Assembly (NCBI RefSeq): GCF_910592395.1
Contig: NC_088312.1
Span: 2,869,858 to 2,933,857, forward strand
Direction of reading: 5' to 3'
DNA: 64,000 bases
Source: Lineus longissimus
Taxonomy: Eukaryota
Shown: in pieces, positions 12,851-24,729 of the stretch
Numbering within the stretch: position 1 is the stretch's first letter
Layout of the letters: the number at the start of each line of letters is the position of its first letter
The notes under the pieces: model-generated
Database searches by the model: none
What the model was told of the DNA's origin: nothing
What the model saw: the letters and a program-made list of their open reading frames with translations, nothing else
Translations under genes and position numbers: made by a program

Positions 12851-14619
12851 TCCTTGTAAGGCCATCTCGATCTACCTGGGACAAATTTATGCCCGGGAGA
12901 TATGCGTGTTTCGTCTCTCTCTGAAACATACACCCCATCCTGTTTCTGTGGGGACTATTGAGACGCTGCTTTAGTCGAGCAGTCTAGACAGCCTAATGCG
13001 TACGCTTTATACCTGAAAACAAGGGGCCTTTGATAATGGCCCCCTTTCCTCAAAATGAATGTTATTTCAGTATTAAGTACAGGCAGAGTCTTTCTATACA
13101 AAGAATATATAGAATTGTACAAATAATTGTATAGAAAGACTCTGGTACAGGCGACTTGCAACCGGCTTAAACCCGCAGACAGAGTATATTATTATACATC
13201 TAGGCCTAAGCCTAGGCCTTTTTAGCCAGCAATTGATCGAGGATGAGAAGATGAATAATGTCTTCTGTGTCCGAGGGTTATAGCCGGTGCTAGGCATGTC
13301 ACTGCACATAGGCATATTACAGGTAAAACCAGGTATTATACCAGTAGGCTTACTAATCTAGGCTACTGTGTCCGCGGGTTTTAGCCGTTTGCGGGTCGCC
13401 TGTAAAAATACCTTTTTTTATACCTGTAATAGGCCTATGTGTGGTGCTATTCTAGCACCGGCTAAAACCTGCAGACACAGTAGGCGTATACAATTATTTA
13501 TTTTGTACAGGCGACCTGCAACCGGTAACCCGCGGTCATAGTAGTTGGCCTATCTCGATGTAGCCCCACTTTGCTTTGCTCGAATAATTATATAATTCGG
13601 GGACAAGCACTTCAGTTTAAAAATAAACTTTTTCATGCCGGTGAGAAGTTTAAAATGTCCTACGTTAAAATGTCCGGGAACAAAGGATTCTATTATGCGC
13701 TTCAATCTCTGAGCTATTGACGGTCAGGGTCTCTATAGAACCATATTGCAGAATACAATAGGGCCGGACACTTTTTCCAGGCGGGACACTTTTTACTTTT
13801 ACACCGGATCCACAGGGCTAAATCAGAGTCATTCTAAACAACTGTTTAGAATGACTCTGGCTAAATGAATCAGATACAGTACCGGGATTATTATCAATTT
13901 GGTTTATTATTTGGTTTATTATTTTGTATCTCACAGAGATATTAAACACCAAGTGTTTTCTTATAGTAAAGCATAGTACAATTCAATTTATTTCATCTTG
14001 TTAATGCCCATGGGGCTGTTACAGATATATCATGAAGCATAGGCCTATGAGGAGAGACGAAATAATGTTCAGTAGGGGCCCATGTAGGCCTATACCCTAT
14101 AGCTAGGTAGGCCTATAGTACAGGACGCCAACACACGACCCCCAATAAGCAACCCAGTTCCTCACCCCGACCGCTTAATAAACGCGTGGGGATTACATAA
14201 AAGGCCTGAATTCACCCATGTGTATGCCACGCGATTGTGTTGTAGTAATTAAGATTGGATGTAGGCCTAATTATTGTGTTTGTTGGAACCAGCTTCCTTG
14301 AACCAAGCAGCGTGTATTATTATAGGCTCTTTTGGGCTACCATCTTGGACAGGTTTAGGCATGCACTGTAGTGTATAAAAGATGACTTTAATGGAGTTTT
14401 TCTGTAGAAATACTGATGATTGTTTGCACCTCTTTTATGCTTCAGCCCAGATACAAAATCTTCTGAAAATAGCATTTTAGTGTTCTGCTTATAACATAAC
14501 TTTGTATGACTGTGATTAGATTAAGTTTTCACCAAATGAAAGACAAATAAATGACATTTAAGGCCCTACTTGTTATTCGTTGTGAAGATGATTCGTCATT
14601 CAAAAATGTCATGCTCATA

Positions 14620-15115
14620 CATGGTATGAAAGATTGGTGTCCTATTGTACCAAAATGAAACAGATAGTCGCAAAGGACATGTAAACCCTTGATAAAAGGC
14701 AGGGCAAGGTGTCGTGTTCTATATACTAAGATGAGACCACAGACTCGCAAAGGACATATAATATCATAGACAGAACCAAGGTGTCCTGTTGCACCACGAT
14801 GACACAGTAGTCGCAAAGCTAGGGCATGTCACAACCTTTAATATCATAGCCAGAACCAATGTGTCCTGTGGGGGGGGGGGGGGCTAGGCCTACCAAGATG
14901 AGACAGATAGTCGCAAAGGACAGTCACAACCTATAATATCCATAGACAGGACCAATGTGTCCTGTGGGGAGGGGGGGGGGGCTAGGCCTACCAAGATGAG
15001 ACAGATAGTCGCAAAGGGCATGTCACAACCTATGATATCATAGACAGAACCAATGTGTCCTGTGGGGGGGGGGGGGGCTAGGCCTACCAAGATGAGACAG
15101 ATCGCAAAGAACAAC
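14620..15115. repeat. Poly-G minisatellite (the same ~75-bp unit in reverse complement, ~5 copies) at the inner edge of the right arm
   Basis: Repeated ctaggcctaccaagatgagacagatagtcgcaaagg.catgtcacaacctat.atatcatagacag.accaatgtgtcctgtgggg(G)n. Confidence 0.7.
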
Positions 15116-15129
15116 ATACTGCTGCTGTG

Positions 15130-15745
15130 CTGCTGACAGTGTCCTTCATAGGCAAGACCAAGGTGTCCTTACTAAGATGCAGATAGTCGTAAAAAGGGCA
15201 GTCACAACCGACCTACTGGAGCGAATTCAACGAAGAGCAGCGCGATTTTTTTTGTCACCAATGAATACAGAGACCGAAGACCAGGATCTGTCACCCGCCA
15301 ACTCCAAACCCTACAGTGGGATACACTCAAAGAGAGGAGAAGGAAGGCATCACTACAGTGCTTTACAATATCCGGCACAGCCTCGTGGACTTCGTCGCCC
15401 CAGACTCCATCACCATGGGCGACCCGAGGACCCGAGGCCTGGACAGATACCACCCAGCAAGAGGCATCATCCTTCTTCCACAGAACGATCAGAAGCTGGA
15501 ACACCCTCCCAGAAGCGACAACATCTGCCAAGACCCCTAGCCTCCAGCTCCGCGTAGACCACAACTATTTTAACCACCAGATTTTATCGTTTTAATCGCA
15601 CCGACCAAGATTTTATAAACGTCTGTGCACCGTCTGCGTAATGAGCAACTACTTCATGGTTAATAACGCGCAAACTGCGCCCTACCATTTAGGCCTACCG
15701 AAAGATGATGATGATGCGGATAATGATAATAATAATATTAGGCAG
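15130..15745 (+). mobile_element. 5'-truncated non-LTR (LINE) retrotransposon 3' end: degenerate ORF2 C-terminal domain plus 3'UTR ending in a (GAT)n(AAT)n microsatellite tail
   Basis: The conserved ORF2 C-terminal signature RAIFFVTNEYRDRRPGSVTRQLQTLQWDTLKERRRKASL / LYNIRHSLVDF / FFHRTIRSWNTLP is split across three frames. This matches the ..QRRAARFVTNDYRR.SSVT.ML..L.W..L..RR...RL.M.YKI.H.LV....FFPRTIRDWNSLP tail common to invertebrate jockey/CR1/RTE-type elements. A microsatellite terminus follows at 15700..15740. Confidence 0.6.
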
Positions 15746-16484
15746 GACCAAATTTGGTGTCCTCTAGTAGCCTAACCTATCAGGATAGTCGCTGGAGACA
15801 CGTCACAACCCATAGTTCGGAGAGATGAGACAATTAACAGTGAGGATTGTCACAACATTTAGGCCTATATACTTCATAAGGCAGGGGGTGTAGGCCTCGT
15901 GTTTCACCCAGCTGGGGTCTTATTCCAAGAATAGGCCTTAAGATGAGACAACAGTCGCCGAGGACATGTCACGACACAACCTATCTCTAGGCCTAGCCTA
16001 TTTATAAGAGTCCCCCCCCCCTCTCCCACCCGCCTGCTGCATTGCTATATCCCATCCAACTTCGGTAGTGCTCGGCAATTTTGATAAGAACATCTACGAA
16101 TGAAGCCTGGACTTCCTTATGTCTAATTGGGGTTGCCTTGGTGACGAGCGCGGGAAGGAGTCAATTAGGAATAGGGCATACACAGCGTGTGTGTACATCA
16201 ACAGACTGTATGTGCACATACGCATGCACGTACAGTAGTAGGCCTACACAAGTCATGGAGTAGTGCGCTCTTACACATCCGTGAACAGGGTATCAATCTC
16301 TTTGTTCCAAAAACATTAACATATAAGGACGAAAGGTTTCAAAATCAATAAGAAAATATGAAACGAACGGAAGAATGAACAGATGACAAGGACCTAATAA
16401 ATATGTCCATAACATCTCTGAAACGAGGCCTATTACTTCATGACTTTGCCAGGCCAATATATTTGTACTACATGCACATGTGCA

Positions 16485-17397
16485 CTCATGGTCAAAAGTT
16501 TATGGACACCAGATTTTGCACATTTTCTCAAAAACGGCTAATCCTTTTTTACCCAAATTTTCACCAATGTTGGAGAATCTTCTTGGCTATCGAATGATAT
16601 CATAGTTGATATCAGGACCAATTGCATAACAAAGTTATTACATACTTTTGAGGGGCATCTATTTTCACTTTTTGGTTGATGGATTTTTTAAATCGAAGTA
16701 TAAATCTTGCATCATACAGATAACAATGCTAAGACTTTCTGTGCAGAAAGTATTTAAAAATATCATTTACTTTTCATGATATATCAAAATATCAAAATTT
16801 TTATTTATCCATATTCTGAAAATTTTGAGATTTTTTTGATTTTTCGTTATATCCTAGTAGTACCCATGTCCCCTGAATGAATGGTGATTTTTTTCTGATT
16901 TTCAACTAAAGGAACATCTTGAAATTATAATATGAACATTTTCATACTACCAAGTATCCACCTTTTCTCAGCAATATTAGTTGCTAGCTGTGCTAAATTG
17001 GTGCCATTCATTATTTGGGTATGACTTCTCAATGATACAGTTGCAAAAAACCCAAAAATATCAAATTATCAAAATATCAAAATATCAAAATTTTGATATT
17101 TCGATATATCTCAAAACCGAAATGAGATTTATCCAATTTTTTTCACAGAAAGTCTTAGCAATGTGCAAGATATAATGTAGGGTAAATTTGGTTTTGAAAA
17201 ATTGATTAACAAAAAGGTAAAAAAAGATGCCTCTCAAAATGATGTAATAACTTTGTTATGCAATTGGTCCTGATATCAACTATCACGTCATTCGATAGCC
17301 AAGAAGATTCTCCACCATTGGTGAAAATTTCGGTTCAATAGGATTAGCCGTTTTTGAGAAAATGTGCAAAAACTGGTGTCCATAAACTTTTGAACAT
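16485..17397. mobile_element. Foldback/MITE-like non-autonomous element with ~230-bp terminal inverted repeats and an AT-rich core of (atatcaaaat)n repeats
   Basis: gtcaaaagtttatggacaccagattttgcacattttctcaaaaacggctaatcc.. at 16488 is the reverse complement of ..ggattagccgtttttgagaaaatgtgcaaaaactggtgtccataaacttttgaac at 17340. The whole block interrupts the sequence that is contiguous in the left arm (~11455). Confidence 0.7.
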
Positions 17398-20300
17398 GAT
17401 TGTACATTGTATCTTTTATCCAGGCTTCAGAATTATGTTTGTCTGAAGTCTAGCTTGTGTCTGCATGCGATTTGATATCATATTTACGAAATTCGGTTGA
17501 TTTGTCGTGAAACCGGTAGCGCATTTTAGAGAACCCACTGCGGTCATAGGCTTTCACACTTTCAGAGATGCAGTTTCAAAGTTGAGTTGGTGTCTTTCAG
17601 AGTTGAAACTGTTTCAGAGTTGATCCGTAACAGACGTAGGCCTATCAAGGGCGGAGTGCCCCAACCCAAAGGAGAATCCTTGTAGAAGATGTCCCTGGTC
17701 GATATTACAGTTATAGGGATAGTCTCCTCTGAGGGGGCAGGCCAAAGGAGAATCCTTCTAGAAGATGTCCATGTTCGTCATTGCAGTTGCATAGATAGTC
17801 TCCTCTATGGGGGCAGGCCTGGTAGAACCCACACCGTGGATGACATGGCATGCAGTAGGCCTATCAAGGGCGGAGTGCCCCAACCCAAAGGAGAATCCTT
17901 CTAGAAGATGTCCCTGTTCGTCATTGCAGTTGCATAGATAGTCTCCTCTGAGGGGGTAGGCCTGGTAAAACCTATCCTGGTTGAGATGGCATGTAGTAGA
18001 CCTATCAAGAGCAGTGCCTCATCCCAAGAGAGAATCCAGACGGAGGAAAGAACATATGACAATGACCTAATATGTCCATAACATCTCTGAAGCAAGGCCT
18101 ATACTTCATGACTTTGCCAGGCCAATATATATGTACATCATGCACATGTACATTGTATCTTTTATCCAGGCTACAGAATTATGTATGTCTGAAGTCTAGC
18201 TTGTGTCTGCATGCGATTTGATATCATATTTACGGAATTCGGATGATTTGTCGTGAAACCGGTAGCGCATTTTAGAGACCCCACTGCGGTCTTAGGCTAA
18301 CTAATCATCAAAAGAAACCAAGGTGATCATTAATGAAATTATTCCAACCACAGGTAGCATCGTTGTCGAACAAACCGTCCCGGGTATACCACATCTCCAC
18401 TCAACCCTACCCGGGTGACCCGGTATAACGCAACCTCCTAACAACATATCACGGACCAGCCCGGTATAATGCAAATTTCATCCAACCCTACCCGGGCCGC
18501 TACGTAGCGCCCCGGTACAACGCAATCTCCCGACAACCTATCACGGAGCGGCCCGGTATAACGCCAACTCCATCCAACCCTTCCCGGGCCGCTACGTAGC
18601 GCCCCGGGACAATGCTATCTCCAAACAATCTGTCCCGGGCCGCTACGTAGCGCCCCGGGACAAACCTATCTCCAAACAATCTGTCCCGGGGCGCTACGTA
18701 GCGACCCGGGTCACTATCTAGGCCTATTTTACTGCTGGGGTAATTAGCGCTATCTATCAATGTGTACCGGGCCTAGAAATTCTTAGTGATTACGACCATT
18801 GTCATGGAGTTTTATCTTATTTTGTACCGGGAGTCGACCTTATGGACTGTAAGAGCCGTGGTGATGAACTTTTGTTCCACTTTGACCGTGGGTCGCAGAT
18901 CATTTGATAGGGGCAGTACCGGTATTGGTGTTGGTAGACATATGCCCAATCCCAGAAATAATAAATCCCAATCCATTTAATAGACTGTTTATCCCAGAAA
19001 AAGCAACCCCTCTCATATTTACTAGAACGCGCGGCAGCGTTGCACGAAGAATGAAAGGAAGCGCCAGTAACATGCACTCCATTTGCTCTTTGATCTCGGC
19101 GAAGGCTCAGGAGTCGTCATTGATATTTCTTTTCGGGGGCATCGAATTAGTGGCGTAGCGGTAGATTGGTGCAGACAAACCTCGTTCTCATGGTTTTCCG
19201 ATTCTGTACTCATCTTTGACGACCCAGCCTGTTCGTTGGTTTCTCTACTTGTGTCTCAAACAACGGTGTGTGCTCTCGGCGCATGTTGATGTGGTCGGGC
19301 CCCTGGGGTTGGACCTGCAGAAAATGGGGTCCGAGCATTCCTCATGTTCATAAGTAGAAATTGAGAGCGGTAACCTAAGAAAGAAGCTCTAATGCATTGG
19401 CTTTATAAAGACCAACCGACAATCATGTGTCAGTATTCATGCCATATTTCCGACCAACGGCAATATGAAAACCAAGGCATCTGTTCCGTGAGGTCAGTTG
19501 TTCAGGATTTTGCGTAAAGATAACCAGCTTCATGATTGGAGTTATGGAACGATTTCACATTCTGGATGTCAGCACCAGGATAGATATACCTCTTCTCACA
19601 TGCTTAACCACTTGTATCTTGATTTATTGGGTGTAGAGGTATCTTTACCAATGATTAGTGTAACCTTTGCACAGGTAATTCCTCTGAAGATGTTTGTATC
19701 CAATTATCGACCATAAAAATTACTAACTCCAAGCCGATGGTTACACTTGCAGCGACATCAAAGCTGCTATGACTCATGAAGAAAATCTTGCCCACAGGTG
19801 ACATAATAGCAACGCATGCTGGTCCGGGCAACAGATAGGAATGTACCACTGCCATGTACAAAGATATTGTAATGAAGAACCTTTCGCAGGGACACCCCAA
19901 GGATGTCGTTGATTGGTAGCAGTGGTGAAGTTATACTTTGTATTTGCCACATTGGAATGTTACACACCTGTTTTGGAACAATCATAATCACAATAACGCA
20001 GTCATCAAGATGATACCGGCATGCACGCCTTCTCTCCCACAGACCGGAACTACGTTTATTGACGTCGTTCCGAAAATCTTCCGAGCCGCTGTACGCGTGG
20101 AGATGAGCTAATTACTGTAAATTCGAAGCAACTTGCTGTGCGTCAGAATTTGACAGACAACAATATTGATACATATACATATAGTATGACGTCATCCAAG
20201 ATGACTCGTTCTTCAGCATCCGTATCTGATAGATAATGTTCCAGGCGAACGCTTCAAAAGTCCTCGTGCTGAGCGAAACGGAAGCAACGGGTTCGCATTT

Positions 20301-20499
20301 TATCATCCCTGAGATAATCTCGAAAGCAGCGGGCACCTGAGCAGACAGCCATTTTCTTTTCACATCATATTCGTTCCCATATTTTCTTTTCCATTACTAG
20401 TTTAGTGTCTGTTAATAGTACATAAAATCCTGGAAAGAGGTTGACAGAGTGTCGCCTGCTTAGTTTCGGAAGAGACTAGAGAAGCAGGTCCAGGACAGA

Positions 20500-20934
20500 T
20501 TGCCGCGAAAATTGGAGTGGCAAGCGTATTGGGACGCAGAAATTGACGATTCATCTATGTACAAGGGTCAGACGAAGTTCAGAACAGAGGCTGATTTATC
20601 CCGTATTCATCTCCCCATCCGGAGTTTCGAAACTGCTACGAAAACTACCTTTATCACGTATTGGAAAGATCCCGACTTTGGCAAATTCCTCAAAGGCATG
20701 TACATGTTCGCGGCAATCGTTCCTGGACCTGCTTCTCTAGCCTCTTCCCTTATCTTTGCACATCATAACGGCGGAGTAATTTACGATCACCGAATCGCGG
20801 CTAAGCTTGAAAGAGTCATTCTTAATCGTTCTGAGTCAGAATTAGAGGTAATTATTCTCCGACATGTGCAGAATTACTGTATGTCCATTGCACAAACGAG
20901 AAATATATTCAAATTTGCAAGCGTTTCTCATTAG
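20500..20934 (+). CDS. Unassigned long ORF, possibly a coding exon (..MYKGQTKFRTEADLSRIHLPIRSFETATKTTFITYWKDPDFGKFLKGMYMFAAIVPGPASLASSLIFAHHNGGVIYDHRIAAKLERVILNRSESELE|gtaatt)
   Basis: 144-codon open frame in otherwise ORF-poor sequence. First ATG at 20558. A candidate GAG|gtaatt donor lies at ~20867. No recognisable family. Confidence 0.2.
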   Translation: MPRKLEWQAYWDAEIDDSSMYKGQTKFRTEADLSRIHLPIRSFETATKTTFITYWKDPDFGKFLKGMYMFAAIVPGPASLASSLIFAHHNGGVIYDHRIAAKLERVILNRSESELEVIILRHVQNYCMSIAQTRNIFKFASVSH

Positions 20935-23900
20935 TCGAGTGTCATCCAGGGGCTATATATATAGTGAGAAAATCAAGATTCATGTATTTTCTGACATCGC
21001 AAATCCAGTTATTTTGATTTATTTTAGAAGATGGGAAACATTTATTGCTGATTGCTTCGTGCTTCCTTTGGGCTAACATGTTTTAGCATGTTTAACTTAG
21101 ACCTTATCGCTGCCCTGCCGTTTGATTTCGCCTCTATTTAGTCGCTTGTGTGCTGCTCAGGGCGACATGTAAATGAGCCATCTTTCTATGAATTCGGAAG
21201 GGCTTGGCGAGCAAGCATGTCTGCTTATCGAACAAGGCTTGATTTAGAACAAACATTGATTTATAGCCAACGTAAATATCTTGTCAGGACGCAAAAATCA
21301 TTCATCACTAAAGCAGGCACGGGTCCGTGAAGCAGGTAAACACTAGCTCCCACTAAACGATGGATGGATCTGCGGCACCCCTGCAACAGAACGGCTTGAG
21401 GCCGGTACCAAAGGTCTCTCCTAACCGCGTCGTCACTAAAGAAGATCGAGTCTCCAACTTCCGTCAGTTACACAATTACAGATCACTGGATATCAAGAAC
21501 TATTAACTTTTGTCAACTTATTGACGCTCGCTAACCATGCTAAAGCCGCCATCCGGGATCCCGCGCCCCTGCAAGGAAAACCCTCAAACGGCCCCCCTAA
21601 CTTGCTTTGCACTCGCCGTTCTATAAATCTTATCATCGACGGGCCAAATCGGCTTTTTTTCTGTGGACGACGAAAGAGTACGTCAAGGCAAAATGGGTTG
21701 ATTTGTCCAATCTTTCACTGAGAAAACATGCAACCAAAACTCCTGGCCTCAACTGCACATGCCAAACGGACGACTCTGTTACTTGGTTACTACATGCAGC
21801 TGGACTTCATCATGACATCACCCATAAATACTTCAGATCAAACTTGTTGGTTTTTGCGTGCTTTGTAACCTGATAGCCTGCTTTATGTACGTTCATTTTT
21901 GCTCAAATATTATCTCTCACAGTGGGGTAAATATTTAGATGGGGTGATAAACTGCTAGACCTGCACTATCGCTGTGTGTACTGTTTGGGCCGCAGGCAGG
22001 CAGGTCTAGCTTTGGCGCGTATACTTTTGCGCCCAGCGCACCCGCCGGGGAGAAACTTCCGGAAGTAACGTCCAATCAGATGAACTCATGAAATTCTGCA
22101 TTATAAACTGACATTATCCAACCAATCACACCGGGCCAATCACAAAGCGTTGAATAGATTGAGGAGTGCCTTCAAAAAAACCCAGTGGTTATTTTCACAA
22201 CGACGCACCATCCAAACTGTGTCCAATTCGGCTACCATATTTTGTGCCGACGCCATCATTTTTTCAGACGGCATGTTCAAACTAGCCGTTGATTTCAATT
22301 TTCTAATGTTATCATCAAGAACTGAACCCATCGTACTGCTCTTTCTTTGAACAAATCAATCAATAAAACTGAGTCAATTCATGTAATTATTATTTAGCAC
22401 TCCATCGACTGTATGAATAACTTGTTCCATAACATATTTGGCAAAAAAAGATCAAAGCGATATTGTTTATACTCCATTAATCGCGCTGTCAACTACGGCT
22501 TAACACGCAACTTCCAGAATCAAGAGTCAACAATTAATAGGTTCCCATCAAAAGTTGACTAAATTATTCATACTGAGCAGTACATTTTCCAGTAAAATAA
22601 GTGTGGGATTCTTGGTCTAGTAGGGTTGAAAAAAACTGAAGAACTCGACCAATGTTTGCTTGATTTTTTACCGTCTGCTTCAAACAGCTGAACGATTCGC
22701 TCGTCAGGAAGTGACATCATGACCAGCGTCAACAACAGACGCATGATCGAGAATAAAAACATTATCTTTTCACATGTTCACGACTTGAAATGAATGTAAA
22801 CAGAGCAATCATTTGCAGAACCATCAAAAAGACGTGATTTAGCTGCGTTTTCTTTCTGAATTCACAAATAACAAAAATGTGCCTTTCCCATGCAGTCGTC
22901 TTACATGGGTAATATGCAGGTACACGTCATTGTTGTGCCTACGAATTGTACTAGTCAAGGCAATTACACCCTGGAGAATCAGCACCACATTTCTCGAGGG
23001 GATTCTCAGGCTGGGCTTAGACCGAGGTATAGGATTTCCTGAAAATGTCATCTCTGCTATTCCCGAGGTGATCTTGCTAGCCCACAGAAAATGCGAAACT
23101 TTTGCATCAGCGCAAAATCACAATTGTGGATCGCAAATATTTTTATCGTGTTGGCGGGGTTAACACTTGTAAGCATAACTGGGTGTGAAAGAAGGCAAGC
23201 TGCATGCATCCGTGGTTCGGCATGCTTCACCAACTCCAACATCTCCATAAAAATGTTGTCTCTGTAAGGCGGTGCATTTAAGGAGTCCTTCGGCATGGGT
23301 CGTATGTACTTTAAGACTCCAACTCGATGCTAATGATATTCACTATCAATGGTAGCGGTATTTTCTCGTGATTTATGACCCGAACTTACTACCCGGGTAA
23401 AAGTAGTCCCTGTTCGGTTTTAGCGTGTATCTGGCAGTGTTCGCCATGTCTGCTGCTTTCTTCTTGAAGATCAAGGACGAAGGATAAAATATTTAGTTTA
23501 TTAGCCAAAGTTAACCTAAATCATTGCCAGCAATCCGTTATAATGGCAAATTCGAATGTGAATAATCGATGTCGTGTCAATATATACATGTAAGAGTGGC
23601 GTTCCGTCATCCCACTTTTAAATGTAAGTTCCATCGGACACTGGCGGTGTAATAAAGGGAGAGGCAACATTTCCATCCAAATTCTCGCCATTTGTTAAAC
23701 TTATATGTGCCATGGAGCGGCCCCATGCGCGGCGTAATTAGAAAGATGGCAGGATAATTAATCACTGTCATAGAAAATGTGGAAATAAGTCTGACCTCGC
23801 TTATTGAAGCAGACTTTCGGTGAAAATAACTCGGTAATTTATCATCCAGGGCCATTAGGCCCGATAGTTGAATCGGGACGGGAAGCTACCCCATGAATAA

Positions 23901-24729
23901 ATGAATGGTTCACCCGGACTATATGAACAGGCCGCACATTGAAATGGGGTGGGGGTTTGCCAGTGCTACAATACCACGTTGTAAATTAGAATTAAAATTA
24001 ATCTCTCGGGCCGGGACCTTTTGATAACTGTAACGATTTTATCAAAAATCTTTCTATATCTGAGAAATGCAACACCAGTTTTAGACTATACATTAACTCC
24101 AGCCAGACTCTAAAAAAGACGGTGTGGACTGGTCCACTGACTTTGCAATGGGGGTGTTTTGACTGCAAGTATCTTACACCTATCGTCCATTTGACGATCG
24201 GTGTAACGGTTTTGATTGTTCCCCTTTTATCAGTGTTTCCTAACAATAGACAGCTTATAGGTAGCTGGCTGGCAGAAACTTTACAATATGAACAAATCAG
24301 TTCCTGGCTGTACAACAGAGCTGTGGAGATGGATATTTTGTGGCAATAGACCTAGTGTAAAGTGTACCCCCGGGATATAGAAAATATCGGCCCTTTAATT
24401 TCGTCGAGTTTAATCTTATTTCTGCATGCTGCGATATATGACTATTGGACAGCAATCTTTGTAATTGGATGATAACTGAATTAGTTATTATATTGTTAAC
24501 GTGGTGTATCGAATGATTTAGTATCATTCAGCGGAAATACTTTTGTCGGGGATGCGCGATTTCGTGCCTAAAGACTGTCTATTGAGAAGTAGTTGATTTA
24601 AACGTTTTGTTTGTTACGTTGTTAACTATCATTTTAATGGGGTTAGGGAAGATATTTGCTGTCCAAATTGTGCAATCATGGCAAATTGCTAATAATTGAT
24701 AATGCGAATAGATTTATTATAGGCCGGGT

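Larger units (their letters stand above)
15130..18985. repeat. Right arm of the palindrome, ~3.9 kb. Includes a 0.9-kb foldback insertion that is absent from the left arm.
   Basis: Reverse-complement identity to 9811..12765. The extra segment is 16485..17397. Confidence 0.85.

Noticed and set aside
10047-18760. Numerous paired ORFs in the palindrome arms (for example 10047..10307+/18500..18760-, 10762..10956+/17901..18095-, 11677..11859-/16081..16263+)
   Set aside because: Mirror-image ORFs are expected from an inverted duplication. Most are translations of tandem repeats (GRYVAARDRLFGD). Only the LINE ORF2 remnant shows protein-like conservation.
22140-22350. Overlapping 63-aa (-) and 66-aa (+) ORFs next to the CCAAT/TATA block
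   Set aside because: The plus-strand ORF has no ATG (TTG start in the track). The minus-strand ORF has an ATG but no recognisable family. Neither is called as CDS.
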